The notes: a model not told the origin generated them from the sequence alone. A stretch of 30,711 bases of DNA from Pirellulaceae bacterium (GCA_040880405.1 JBBDIM010000090.1:1-30711); one strand, 5' to 3'. Shown: positions 16,643-27,161, counted from the stretch's first letter. A program made the numbers and translations.

Positions 16643-17665
16643 ATGAATCTACTCACCATTGAATCGACCTGCGATGAGACGGCGGCCGCGGCGATTGACG
16701 ATCAGATGAATGTCTTGGCGTCCGTGGTCGCTTCGCAAGATGATCTGCACCAGCGTTTTGCCGGGGTCGTGCCGGAGATCGCCGCGCGGGCCCATCTTGA
16801 ACGGATGCTGCCGGTGGTGGACGAGACGCTCCGCAAAGCGAATCTGACGTTGGACCAAATCGATGCGATCGCCGTGGCCAACATGCCTGGTTTGGCGGGT
16901 TCGCTGTTGGTGGGTGTCACGGCGGCGAAGACGTTGGCCTGGCTGCTGGGTATTCCGATTGTGGGAATTAACCATTTGCAGGGGCATATTTATGCCTGCA
17001 AGGTCGCCTTTCAAACCGAGATCTTTCCCTGTGTTGGATTGATTGTCAGTGGTGGCCATTCCAACTTGTACCACTGCCGAAGCCCCCTCGAATTTGAGGT
17101 ATTGGGCGGCACGATCGACGATGCCGCGGGAGAGTCGTTTGACAAAGTGGCCAGCATGTTGGGCTTGCCCTACCCGGGCGGTCCGGCGGTTTCCCGTGCC
17201 GCCGCTCAGGGTGATCCTCAGGCTTACCGTTTTCCACGCCCCTTTTTGAAAGACGCCTCACGGCTCGATTTTAGCTTTAGCGGTCTCAAGACCGCGGTGC
17301 GTTACGAGATTGCCGGGCCAGGCGCGGTCGATTTTAGCCAGATCGAACTTTCCCCGCAGCGAGTTTCCGATATCGCGGCCAGCTTTGAGCAGGCGGTGGT
17401 CGATTGCCTGGTCGGTAAATCGATTCAGGCGATGCGTCAGACCGGCTTAACACGCCTCTGCGCAGGTGGCGGGGTTGCGGCCAATCGTCGACTGAGAGAG
17501 GCATTGCATGTGGCCGTAGACGAGTTGGGTGGCGAGTTGTTGATCGCCCCGCCCCATCTCTGCACCGATAACGCGGTCCTGGGAGCGATTGCCTTAGAAA
17601 AAATAAAAGCCGGGCAGTTCGATGATTTAAGCATCGACGCACTGCCCGGCCTGATTCGTAATTAA
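16643..17665 (+). CDS. tsaD: tRNA N6-adenosine threonylcarbamoyltransferase TsaD (Kae1/Gcp family)
   Basis: MNLLTIESTCDETAAAAID, GINHLQGHIYA, and the SGGHS and GLPYPGGP motifs typical of TsaD. Confidence 0.92.
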   Translation: MNLLTIESTCDETAAAAIDDQMNVLASVVASQDDLHQRFAGVVPEIAARAHLERMLPVVDETLRKANLTLDQIDAIAVANMPGLAGSLLVGVTAAKTLAWLLGIPIVGINHLQGHIYACKVAFQTEIFPCVGLIVSGGHSNLYHCRSPLEFEVLGGTIDDAAGESFDKVASMLGLPYPGGPAVSRAAAQGDPQAYRFPRPFLKDASRLDFSFSGLKTAVRYEIAGPGAVDFSQIELSPQRVSDIAASFEQAVVDCLVGKSIQAMRQTGLTRLCAGGGVAANRRLREALHVAVDELGGELLIAPPHLCTDNAVLGAIALEKIKAGQFDDLSIDALPGLIRN

Positions 17666-17728
17666 AAGATGGTTTGCAAGCTCGGGACCAACGGTCCTTA
17701 GCTCCCTGTGGAGAGTAGCGACAGGCTG

Positions 17729-20700
17729 TTAGTTGTCGTCACCATCACCGGGATTGCCTTCGACATCGGATTCTCCGTCGACAAAGTTGAAGGTATGGAC
17801 TTCACCGATGCTGGTAAAGTTAGGAGCGCTACTGACTCGGACATATCGACGATCGGCCGTCACCACGGCAAAAGCGGACATCATCGTACCTTCAGGCAGC
17901 GTGGTGATTTCAGGCTTATACCCAACCGCGTTACGAGCGTTTCGTAAAAAGCCGCTGTAGTTGCGATTGATGGCAGTGACATATTCCTCGGCGGAAAGGG
18001 ACCCTTCCGACAGGGTGTTTAGTTGTTGAGCCAAGACCGCTCGGCCGACATCGGCATGAGCCTTGGCGACAACCTGGACCTCATGATCCTTCAGGTCTTC
18101 CATTCGACGTCCGTCCGGAACATTGAAGGTCACGAGCGAACCTCCCTTGCCGAGGTCGATCTGTTCGCGCCGATGGGTTTGCCCCTTCGTACCGTAACCG
18201 GTGTAGATATCGATCGTCACCTTGCCTGCGGTAACGTCACCCCATACCCGCTTAATCAGCACTTTGTAGTCGCCGGCAAAGCCTTTGGGGACCACGTAGA
18301 CCTCGGAGGTTCCCTCGCCCCCGGCAGTCTCCAGCGAAGCGATACTGTCACCCAGCATCACGCCACCGGAGGTGGTTCTCGGGTTGTGGAGGGAACAGAC
18401 CGTCCCGGACGGTTCTTCAATGACCAGATCGAGATCGGCATCGCCGGTCCAGGTCACCTTAACAATCGCGTCGCGGATCATCGCTTCTTGCAACTGAGCG
18501 GTGAACTGCTTCGCCTCGTCCATTCGCTTCTCTTTGGCCAATTGGTCAAGAGTCGCCTTGGCGGTGCGATACGCGTCCGACTTCACGTGGCTTGTCGATT
18601 CGTCCCATTCCTGCGAAAGGGTTCCGATACACGCCCATTTAATACCTTCCAGGTCGTTGACCCGCTTGGCGGCATTCAGGCCGTAGGCGTAAGGTTCCGG
18701 TCGCAGAGGCTCCAGTTTCGCCACCTGTTGGAACAATTTAAGTGCCCGGTCGTCCATCCCAATCCGGGCCATGTAGGTCGCCAGATAAAGCATGTGATCC
18801 GGACCGCTCGTGAAGTCGAGAGCCGACATCAAGGCCCGCTCAATTTCCTCGGGCGGGGCGTGTTCCAATTGCATCGCCAACCCTAGGCCTTCATACATCC
18901 AAGGTTGAGGCTGGCCGTGACGCAATGCCAAGTGAATCAACTCGATCGCTTCGCTGTAACGCTTGGTGTTCATCGCGCGGCGAATCTCCAAGCGGAGGCT
19001 GACCGGCGGGATGATCTCGCCGGAGGCAAAAACCTTACGCCAAGCGTCCATCCGGGTTTGCCCCTCAGCGACTTCAAGGCGAAAGTCAGCGGCGGCCCGT
19101 GGAGCCTGTCGTTGGTCGGCATTGGCTTCACTAGGTTCGACGGGATTCTCGGTCGACTCCGGGGAGGTGGTGGCGACCGACTTTTCATCGTCGACGGCAA
19201 ACATACCGCCGCCCATGCCGCCACCCATTCCTCCCATACCGCCGCCCATACCACCCATGCCGCCGCCCATTCCGCCCATGCCGCCGCCCATACCACCCAT
19301 GCCGCCGCCCATACCACCCATGCCGCCACCCATCATGCCGCCGCCCAGTTGGACAGCAACGGGAAGCACCAAGTCGGCGACCGGATAGACTTTCGTAATG
19401 AGCTCACTCTCCGCCTCTTCCGGCGTGGTGATCATCAATACTTCGTTCGCGACGATGTAGGTAAGGTCCAATTCCTTGAGCATCAAGCGGAGTGCCGAGC
19501 GTAAGGTAATCCCTTCCAGGTTCCGAGTTACCGGAGTATCGGTGGTCAGACCGACATCATCCAAGGCCCGAGTATCAATCTGGATTTCAATCCCGTGCAA
19601 CTGCTTCAGGTAACTGACCACTTCCTCCAACGGTGTGTCGATGAAGGCAAGTTTGGTTTCCGCGTCCAGTTGACGGAAGATTTCCTGCTCGGCTCGACCG
19701 GTCGAGGCCAGATCGATCGATCCGTACTTCTCTTTCCGGTATTGGATGCTTTCCCAAAATTCGGGGTCGGGATAAACGACCGAAGGATTGTCCGGGAAGG
19801 GAATGTGAGCCAACTCTACTTGGTATAAGGTTTCCAGAGCCGCGCGATACCGGTCTTCCCGCAACCGCATCATTTGGTTGTAATTTCCCGCCACTTGGGC
19901 CATTTCAACGGCCAAGTGAGTGGCGATGTTGTTCGGATTAACATCCCGAGCTTCACGAGCCGCGTCAAACGCCGCATCGTACTCCTGCTCGATCATCAGG
20001 CTGTTGAACATCTCGATGATGCTTTTCGCTTTCTCATCGTTGCGAATCAGGGCGTCGTTCAAGCGCCGCCGTTCCTGAGCCTGAGCCAAACGGACGGCCG
20101 AGGCCTGTCGCTCCGCTTCGAACGTTAACGTGCGGGAACTCGCCTCGCGGATTGCCGTAGTGATTTTGTTGCGAAGTCTCGCACGGACATCTCCATCCAG
20201 GTCGGGAGCCCGCTCGATATTCTCCAAGAGCAACTTCAGACCATCTCGCACGCCGACCGGGTCGATCGCCATCTCATCGCGGGCACCGCGTAGTCGTCGT
20301 TCGACATCGGCCTCAATGGCCTGTTCCTGCCGGCTACGCTGAAGTTCCACATCGCTCAAAAAGCGTCCCGCTTCTGGTCCCAGATTCAGGGGGGCATCGA
20401 CGGCATCGGAACGAGGTGCCGTGGGAGGAGCCGGTTGGGCGGAAGTTGCCGTTTCGACTTCGTCTCGCATGGCGGCCTGTGCCAAGTGGTTCGCCGAGGT
20501 GTGACCCGAATCGATTCGCAGGGCCGCGTCCGCCAACTTGGCGGCACCTTCTCGATCGCCCGAGGCGAGGGCTTGCCTGCCTAGTCGAGCGTAATCCTCA
20601 GCGGCCGCAAGCAGCATCCGAGCCGATTCACGCAGACCAGCCGAACCGACAGTCGGCAGACCGACGCCACCGTCCTTGCTGGCCAATTCGACCAGACGCG

Positions 20701-21676
20701 GCAGGTAGGCTTGATCCTCGGACGAGGCTTCCGGCTGGGCGGTCCAGTTCAAGTCAATTTTACTACCGGCAACCTGACCCTGCAGTTCAAGGCTCAGGTC
20801 GGCTCGGTCAGCGAGTGTACCGACGACGATTGTGTCGCGATCAACGCGGAGCGGAGGGAAGTTTTCCGGATAGGATTTTGCCACGTTGACGGAAAACTTT
20901 GCGCTGGTGGGCCAAACCACCGGCGCGACCGCCGCCGAAGCCAACTGCACGCCGAATTGCTCTGGGGCAACTTCGTCGCTATCAATCGCCACCATCCCAC
21001 CGGTGTGGTTGGCCAAGGTCGCCAAAGTTTGCACGTCCCGCTCGGGGCCAATCGCGAGACTGGTCAGAGAGACCTGGGATGCCGCCATCTGAGCGATCGT
21101 CTGCTCGAACTCGGTCGTCCCGAGCAGGTTTGCCCGGCTCGTCCCCTTTCCGAGATAAACGATCGAACGTTGCATCCCCTGATCGGCGGAGAACTTGCCG
21201 ACCGCCTCACGAAGAATCGCGGGCAAATCGGTCGCGCCCAGCGGAGTCCGCTTTTCCAGTTTCGCCAGCCCTTGGGCCACCTTCGCATCTTGAGGCGTTG
21301 AGAAACCTTCCTGCATCGAAACGGCATGCAGGTCCCCAGCCATCACGAGCACTTTGGTCGTGGGGGGGAGGGCGGAGAGGGCCGCCTTGAGTGCCGCCAG
21401 CGAGTCATCCCGGTAGATTCCGGATTGACTGGCCGAGGTATCCATCAGAAAGATCACCTCAGAGCCCTTGCTCGCGGGGATGGAAGTCGGGTCGAGCTTT
21501 ACGCTTAACGCAAAATGCGTGTCGCCCGCCTCCTGCTCGTAGGTCGCCAAACGGGAAGCAGGTTCCGCGTGGGCAAAGGTGGTGGTCCCGAGGACCATCC
21601 CAACAGCCAATAGGGCCGAAAGACATTGCTCGAAGCGATTTCGCCTGGGCATAGTCAAAAACTCCAAATGAGACAC
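17729..21676 (-). CDS. Large secreted multidomain protein: signal peptide, vWA domain, TPR-like helical repeats, a secretin/TonB-N (STN)-like domain, an (MGGGMGG)n repeat, TPR-like helices, and a C-terminal DUF2135/YfaP-like domain
   Basis: Signal peptide LLAVGMVLGTTTFAHAEP. MIDAS motif DTSAS in FLMDTSASQSG. STN-like segment LAFIDTPLEEVVSYLKQLHGIEIQIDTRAL...LRSALRLMLKELDLTYIVANEVLMI. A ~48-aa Gly/Met repeat. C-terminal TWTGDADLDLVIEEPSGTVCSLHNPRTTSGGVMLGD resembles the DUF2135 core as recalled from memory. Confidence 0.8.
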   Translation of the reverse strand: MSHLEFLTMPRRNRFEQCLSALLAVGMVLGTTTFAHAEPASRLATYEQEAGDTHFALSVKLDPTSIPASKGSEVIFLMDTSASQSGIYRDDSLAALKAALSALPPTTKVLVMAGDLHAVSMQEGFSTPQDAKVAQGLAKLEKRTPLGATDLPAILREAVGKFSADQGMQRSIVYLGKGTSRANLLGTTEFEQTIAQMAASQVSLTSLAIGPERDVQTLATLANHTGGMVAIDSDEVAPEQFGVQLASAAVAPVVWPTSAKFSVNVAKSYPENFPPLRVDRDTIVVGTLADRADLSLELQGQVAGSKIDLNWTAQPEASSEDQAYLPRLVELASKDGGVGLPTVGSAGLRESARMLLAAAEDYARLGRQALASGDREGAAKLADAALRIDSGHTSANHLAQAAMRDEVETATSAQPAPPTAPRSDAVDAPLNLGPEAGRFLSDVELQRSRQEQAIEADVERRLRGARDEMAIDPVGVRDGLKLLLENIERAPDLDGDVRARLRNKITTAIREASSRTLTFEAERQASAVRLAQAQERRRLNDALIRNDEKAKSIIEMFNSLMIEQEYDAAFDAAREARDVNPNNIATHLAVEMAQVAGNYNQMMRLREDRYRAALETLYQVELAHIPFPDNPSVVYPDPEFWESIQYRKEKYGSIDLASTGRAEQEIFRQLDAETKLAFIDTPLEEVVSYLKQLHGIEIQIDTRALDDVGLTTDTPVTRNLEGITLRSALRLMLKELDLTYIVANEVLMITTPEEAESELITKVYPVADLVLPVAVQLGGGMMGGGMGGMGGGMGGMGGGMGGMGGGMGGMGGGMGGMGGGMGGGMFAVDDEKSVATTSPESTENPVEPSEANADQRQAPRAAADFRLEVAEGQTRMDAWRKVFASGEIIPPVSLRLEIRRAMNTKRYSEAIELIHLALRHGQPQPWMYEGLGLAMQLEHAPPEEIERALMSALDFTSGPDHMLYLATYMARIGMDDRALKLFQQVAKLEPLRPEPYAYGLNAAKRVNDLEGIKWACIGTLSQEWDESTSHVKSDAYRTAKATLDQLAKEKRMDEAKQFTAQLQEAMIRDAIVKVTWTGDADLDLVIEEPSGTVCSLHNPRTTSGGVMLGDSIASLETAGGEGTSEVYVVPKGFAGDYKVLIKRVWGDVTAGKVTIDIYTGYGTKGQTHRREQIDLGKGGSLVTFNVPDGRRMEDLKDHEVQVVAKAHADVGRAVLAQQLNTLSEGSLSAEEYVTAINRNYSGFLRNARNAVGYKPEITTLPEGTMMSAFAVVTADRRYVRVSSAPNFTSIGEVHTFNFVDGESDVEGNPGDGDDN
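19198..19350 (-). repeat. 21-bp-period tandem repeat encoding (MGGGMGG)n within the large protein
   Basis: On the plus strand the sequence reads ...catgccgccgcccataccacc... repeated about 7 times. The translation is GGGMMGGGMGGMGGGMGGMGGGMGG.... Confidence 0.85.
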
Positions 21677-22101
21677 AGTAGATGGGACTGTCGATAGTTT
21701 CAGTCTGTCGTATCAGCCTACCGACGAGGGCGACATCGAAATTCAAATACCCCTCTCTCCCGAGTCATCAAGGCAGCCTGGATTCTTTCGAATCGCGAAG
21801 GATGGCAGCCTCAATCGAGGGGAGGAAGGTGTGGTGTTTAGCGCCTAAAACATCTAAATCCACGACACTCATTCTATTTCCGAGTTGCAGAGGTCGCCAC
21901 TAAAAAACAGGCGATTAGGTTAAGTTTAACTCGATTAACGCCTTCCGTAAAATCGTCCCAGAGATCCCGTGTCTCCGCTGAATGCACCTTCCAGAAAAGT
22001 CTTCGCCCCCCAAAGTAACCGTCGTGTCAGCCCACCACTAGCTCAATTACGACCGGCAATTGCCCATTCCGCCGGGGCTAAACGGCGGAATGGGCTTGCC
22101 T

Positions 22102-23058
22102 TTATCGATTTATAAAGCCTTTTATATTCGCGACTTGTGTGAATCCAAGGTCCGACTTTCCTTGGAACCATGCGATCCGCTGCCGGTGGGAATGTTTCAT
22201 GTGCGAAAGCAGGCCATACCCGGAAACGTGGGCTTGATAAACCAGCTCTTGCGGATGGGACAGATTCACAATCAGTGGGGTGACGACCGCTTGCCGCAGC
22301 CAAGCGACATTCGCGGTGGCTTTCGCCTGCCGAGCTTGCTGAATTTGGAGCATCACCTGATCGGCCAACTGGTCCGATTGCATATCGTCGCTCAGCGCGA
22401 CCTCTGCGGAGCGATCGACTACCTCCACCGCAATCTCAGGCTCGGCCGGTTGAAGCTCGACTGAATTCGCGGGCGAAAAGACGCATCCCCCTAAATCGAA
22501 GTAGGAGTGGAACTGCTCGTGTCCGTAAGCCTGGAAATTCGCGATCGAGAAACTTTCCGGAGGGCCGCTCACTTCCAGATCTGCCAGTGGCCTCTTCGCG
22601 AGCTGTTCGACGATGGAAGCGGTGGCCCGTTTCACCAACCCTAAAACGTCGAATGCTGAGTCGGCCGATTTGGCCAAGCGGCAAGACGGGGAAGCAACCA
22701 ACTTGCTTGGGATTGTTTCGGGTGTGGCACAGGCAGATTTTTGGACCGTTGGAGTCGCCGTGGTGTGGGCGGGATTGTTCCAGTACATCGCCTCCCAGTC
22801 ATACTGCGTCGGAGTGAGGCGGGTCGGGTTCTCCGCCATTTGAATGATCAAGTCTTGCCGGTGATCCTGGGCGACTTTCCAGGGTTGCCACTTGGCCGAG
22901 AGGGCATCGGCGGTGTGGAACGACAAATTGTGCAGCGATTCAACCGAGGTGGGCCCGGTGTGGAGTTTTTGGGCCCGTCCTTCCCGACAGAAAAAGGCCA
23001 ACAGGGCCATGATTGCAAACAGCAGGCAGGACTTGAGGTGGGGTCGTAGGCAAGGCAT
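22102..23058 (-). CDS. Hypothetical secreted protein
   Basis: A 318-aa ORF with an N-terminal signal peptide (LLFAIMALLAFFCREGRAQ). No domain was recognised. It runs in the same direction as the downstream large gene. Confidence 0.45.
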   Translation of the reverse strand: MPCLRPHLKSCLLFAIMALLAFFCREGRAQKLHTGPTSVESLHNLSFHTADALSAKWQPWKVAQDHRQDLIIQMAENPTRLTPTQYDWEAMYWNNPAHTTATPTVQKSACATPETIPSKLVASPSCRLAKSADSAFDVLGLVKRATASIVEQLAKRPLADLEVSGPPESFSIANFQAYGHEQFHSYFDLGGCVFSPANSVELQPAEPEIAVEVVDRSAEVALSDDMQSDQLADQVMLQIQQARQAKATANVAWLRQAVVTPLIVNLSHPQELVYQAHVSGYGLLSHMKHSHRQRIAWFQGKSDLGFTQVANIKGFINR

Positions 23059-23335
23059 ATCTCTGTTTCCTCCCAGAGGTAGTTGCGAATGATTTCAAGC
23101 GGGCGGCGGGCCCGGCCTCTTTCGGCCTGGCCACTCAGGGGCAAACATCCGTGGGCCACCTGCGTAAACTAGAGAGCTTATACCCTGTGATATCGGTGCT
23201 ATCAGCTTTCTCCCATGAGGCGATCCAGGAAAGCTGGGAAAGATGCACCGCCCCGTCGCCGTTACGACCCGCAGGGCACACCGAACCGCGCGAACCCCAG
23301 TCATTGGGGTAGTGCATATACCTCAGCGGCTTTCT

Positions 23336-25813
23336 TTATGGTCCGGTCTCTATCACGCCGCCTCGCTTCCGATCTCCACGCTGTAAGATATTTTGCATGG
23401 CCACCAGTTGAATCTGGAGTTCGCGCTGCTGCTCGTCGGAGAGAGTTTGCCGGCCGAAGCGGATTCCGTAGTAGCAGGCCACGACCCGCTGCATAATGGG
23501 GACCGCCTCCGCGTTCTCGGTGCCGGTCATGCGCTCAGTCAGAGCGTCGACGAACTCTTGCGGAGTGGTGCTTGGCTTCCGCGTCCAGCCTGCCTTAGAA
23601 AGGATCCGCTCCATCTTGAAATAGAACCCCTGCCCGGTAGGAATGTTGGGGAACCACTTACGCCAAAGGACTCTCAGCCGGGGCCAAATCCCCCGGAGCA
23701 GCCACCGCCCAAGTTCGAAACAGACCGCCGTTGAGAGAAGCAAAATCATCGTGATCAGCGAGGCGTAGCCGCTGAAAAACCCCTCGTCGATGTTAATTCC
23801 CAACGACGCGAGCTTTTCCCGGACCCATTCGCCCCACAGCTCTCGATCGAACCAGCCCTCAAACGGTTTGAAGATCCGCTTCGTAAAGGGCTCATAGATC
23901 TCATTTTGCCGTTCCCGATCCATCCCTACCACGTAATCCCGCCAGCCCTGTTCGAGATAGTCGAACCAATCCCAGGCGAATCCGAACATGCCACCACTGT
24001 TCGTGAGGGCGGAACCAGGCCGCGACGCGGGGGTGGGGTCGAGTCGGACCCATGCCCCGTACGGAAATTCCTCTGCGGTTGCCGGTGCCGGGATCGCCTT
24101 CGCCGGGAGATACGCCTCGACCCAGGCATGGGCGTGCAATTGCTTTACCGCCACATACTTGCCCACGGAATTGTATTCGCCCCCCTTGTAGCCCACGACG
24201 ATTCGAGCGGGAATGCCTTGAGCCCGAAGCATGATCGTCAAGGCACTCGCGAAGTACTCGCAGTGCCCGGTCCGGTGATGGACGACGAAGTTCTCGATCG
24301 GGTCGAGACGCGGATTCCGAAGATGATGCGGCACCCCCAGCGAATAGGTGTAGTTCCCGTCGATGACGAAATGCCGTTCCAAGGCCTTCATCACCTGGTA
24401 AGGATCCGCCGGATCTACCTCGGTCCGTTGCAGGATATCACGGGCCTCCTGCTTGATGCCGTCGAACAAGTCGTCAGCGATGTCTTTGTTGAGGGGTATT
24501 TTGGTCAGTTCCTGATCGATATACCGCCGGTATCGACCCACCATCGGTTCGCGGACCGGCGTCAACTGACCCTCCAGCCCAAGCCCGGTCCAGGGGACCA
24601 TCATCTCGTATTCCTGGGGCTGTCGCGCAAGGGTAGGGGAAGACTCCTCATAAGAGATGATTCCTAGGGATTGATTATCGACGATCGAGCGCGAGGTTCG
24701 TTCGCTGGCGTAGGCTGGGTAAATGCTAAACAGCAGCGTCCCCTCGTTCGTCCGATCGAACTGTAGGTTGCGGTTGGTCGTTACCTCTTGACGATAGAGC
24801 TTTTTGCCGTCCGGTGGAGGTTCCAGTTGCGTGACCCGTGCATTGGCATAGCTCCCGGAAATCCAGGTCCGATTGCTCGCCACATAGTTGACAAGCACCG
24901 TCCCCCGGAAATAAGGCTCGAACTGGGGTTCAATTGGTATCTCGGTGGTCGGGTCGACCAATGTCACCCGCATGACCGATTGATCGTTTTGAAGCATTTC
25001 CCCCATCGAATTGAGGGAGATCTGGTCTTTGAAACCGGTCGTGCCACCGGCCCCTCCGAAGGATTGCGACCAGCGACCTTGGTCAATTCTGGGGAAGAGA
25101 TAAAACAGGATCACGGTCACGCACAGCGTGAAAACTCCCATCCGCGAGACCTGGCCAAACATTTTGCCGCTGGTAAACACGGCCGCCAAATTGGCCGGCA
25201 GATGCCCCGTTAGTTGGATTCCCACCAGAGGACCACGATCAACCGACGAGGAATTCCCCTCGGCGGACCGCGAAAATACCGGGAATATCGGGCGATTCTC
25301 AATCGCGTCATGGGCCGCTCTTAGTTGCGGATCGACCCGGAGTGCTTCTCGATAAATGAAAAACAGACTTAGCGTTGTCAGGGCCGCGAGCATATACGGA
25401 ACCAACATAATGCCGAAAGTGACGCTCAGGTTCAGTGCGGCGGCGACCACGACCTGGAGCAGGCTGAGAATCGCCAGATGCCAATAGACCCTCGTCGTTT
25501 TCGGCTGAAACAGCAGCACGATTTGCAGGTAGATCAGCAGTTTGGCGATGGCGTGCAGTTTGGTTGCGGGGGTGCTCGGCTCTTCCCAGAAATCGATAAA
25601 CGAGAACATCACGGCGATCAGCGCCGCCAAGTTGGCGATGTTCCGATTCAGGCGGATCCAGCCACGGATATCGGTGAAGTAAACCGAGCTAAAAGCCGCG
25701 ACCGTCGCCAACATCGGCAAGATCGAATTTCCATACTGGCCCACCGCCAACAACAACGAGCCGATCGCGGCCAAAGTCGCCAGACTTATCTGTAGTAAGC
25801 GTTCGACTTTCAT
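23336..25813 (-). CDS. TgpA-like membrane protein with a transglutaminase-like cysteine protease domain (DUF3488-TGase architecture)
   Basis: About 6 N-terminal transmembrane helices. Transglutaminase core: HHRTGHCEYFASALTIMLRAQGIPARIVVGY (catalytic Cys) and AHAWVEAY (His), plus a C-terminal transmembrane segment. The start is 3 bp downstream of the DUF58 gene. Confidence 0.85.
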   Translation of the reverse strand: MKVERLLQISLATLAAIGSLLLAVGQYGNSILPMLATVAAFSSVYFTDIRGWIRLNRNIANLAALIAVMFSFIDFWEEPSTPATKLHAIAKLLIYLQIVLLFQPKTTRVYWHLAILSLLQVVVAAALNLSVTFGIMLVPYMLAALTTLSLFFIYREALRVDPQLRAAHDAIENRPIFPVFSRSAEGNSSSVDRGPLVGIQLTGHLPANLAAVFTSGKMFGQVSRMGVFTLCVTVILFYLFPRIDQGRWSQSFGGAGGTTGFKDQISLNSMGEMLQNDQSVMRVTLVDPTTEIPIEPQFEPYFRGTVLVNYVASNRTWISGSYANARVTQLEPPPDGKKLYRQEVTTNRNLQFDRTNEGTLLFSIYPAYASERTSRSIVDNQSLGIISYEESSPTLARQPQEYEMMVPWTGLGLEGQLTPVREPMVGRYRRYIDQELTKIPLNKDIADDLFDGIKQEARDILQRTEVDPADPYQVMKALERHFVIDGNYTYSLGVPHHLRNPRLDPIENFVVHHRTGHCEYFASALTIMLRAQGIPARIVVGYKGGEYNSVGKYVAVKQLHAHAWVEAYLPAKAIPAPATAEEFPYGAWVRLDPTPASRPGSALTNSGGMFGFAWDWFDYLEQGWRDYVVGMDRERQNEIYEPFTKRIFKPFEGWFDRELWGEWVREKLASLGINIDEGFFSGYASLITMILLLSTAVCFELGRWLLRGIWPRLRVLWRKWFPNIPTGQGFYFKMERILSKAGWTRKPSTTPQEFVDALTERMTGTENAEAVPIMQRVVACYYGIRFGRQTLSDEQQRELQIQLVAMQNILQRGDRKRGGVIETGP

Positions 25814-25816
25814 GCC

Positions 25817-27031
25817 TTACTCCTCCTCATCCTCGACCGTGGGCAGCGGGGGCAGATGAAAATAAGTATCGATCTCGCCCGACTCGGCCGAAATGGTCTT
25901 GATGCGTCCCAGTTCGGCTCGCAATTGCGTATCTCGCCACAGCTTTTCGAAACGGGAAGTGTCGGTCAGGTCGATCGTCGCCCCGCTCAGCACGATAATT
26001 CGGGTCGATGGCTTGGCGGTGAGGAGGCACTCGACGAGCGCGTTTTCAAACCCGTCCTGATGGGTCTTGGTAAGCACGGCGAGATTCGTCAGGGCCTGAA
26101 CCATAAAGGCCTGGTTTACATTGCCCGCCACGGAATTCGTTTTTTCACCCCGACAAACCAGTTGCAAATGACACCCCCCGATGGCCGCCAGATCCTGAAC
26201 CGCCGTGGCCGCCATGCTGATGGTCAGTTCCAACGCGGCGAGATCTTCCGGGGACGGATTCTGGGGGACGTTGGCCTCGACGAACAGGGCGAAATCTTGC
26301 TGGTTCTGCTTCTCAAACTGGCGGACCACCAATTGTCCCCGTTTGGCACTACTTCGCCAGTGGATCCATTGTTTGGAATCCCCATTCCGCCAATCGCGCA
26401 GTCCGTAGAAATCCCCCTCCAGTAAACCATGGCGACGACGGGACGAGGAAAAGCCGGTCTTATCCATTTGGATTAAACGCCGCCAAGCGGGGGTCATCAT
26501 CCCAATCCGAGGAGTCACCACTAGGTGATCGATCACATTTTCGATTCGAGTGCTCCGCATCATTCCCAGAGGAAACGCAGTCGTGACCGTCAACGGTCCG
26601 ATTCGGTATTTACCCCGGTGGTGGATTACCCCGCGATAGTTCGAATGGGTTTCGTCGCGGCGAGGAATCCGGGCGAAAAAGGTCTCCACGTGTTGCGGCT
26701 CATCCGTAAAAGCCCCTTCAATCTGCTCAATCTCATCCCTCACCACAACCGCGTAACAGGTTTTACGCGCGACGTTGGCGATGTTGAGATCGACAAAGAA
26801 CGAATCACCACAACCAATAAACCCCGGCACCCGGCGGGTAAATCGTAAGCCCCGCAAACTCCGGTAGACGAACAGGGCGTTGTAGATAATGGGCCCCAAC
26901 AGCATGCAGGCTAGGACCATCAGGAGTTGGAAGTCGCGGATGATCGCGCCCACTAAGATGAACAAGAAAACGAGCAGGTAATACAACCCCTCGCGAGTGA
27001 TGGTGACGCCTCGAAATCGGAACCAGTTCAT
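25817..27031 (-). CDS. DUF58 protein (the vWA-like partner of MoxR)
   Basis: Two N-terminal transmembrane helices and the DUF58 signature GDFYGLRDWRNGDSKQWIHWRSSAKRGQLVVRQFE. Confidence 0.85.
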   Translation of the reverse strand: MNWFRFRGVTITREGLYYLLVFLFILVGAIIRDFQLLMVLACMLLGPIIYNALFVYRSLRGLRFTRRVPGFIGCGDSFFVDLNIANVARKTCYAVVVRDEIEQIEGAFTDEPQHVETFFARIPRRDETHSNYRGVIHHRGKYRIGPLTVTTAFPLGMMRSTRIENVIDHLVVTPRIGMMTPAWRRLIQMDKTGFSSSRRRHGLLEGDFYGLRDWRNGDSKQWIHWRSSAKRGQLVVRQFEKQNQQDFALFVEANVPQNPSPEDLAALELTISMAATAVQDLAAIGGCHLQLVCRGEKTNSVAGNVNQAFMVQALTNLAVLTKTHQDGFENALVECLLTAKPSTRIIVLSGATIDLTDTSRFEKLWRDTQLRAELGRIKTISAESGEIDTYFHLPPLPTVEDEEE

Positions 27032-27161
27032 ACATGTTCCCGCGTTAAGGACCCATCCACGATCATCCGATCCGCCGCTGGATCCGCTTGGGGTTTACCC
27101 ACGGGGTCTCGCCGTGGAAGAGCAAAGGACCCCGAATCGCCGGCACGCTGTGCCCCGTTCC

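Noticed and set aside
18905-19504. Plus-strand ORFs 18963-19388 (Pro-rich MPPPIPP repeats) and 18905-19504 (His/Ala-rich)
   Set aside because: These are reverse-strand translations of the (MGGGMGG)n repeat inside the 1315-aa minus-strand gene, which has a signal peptide and clear domains.
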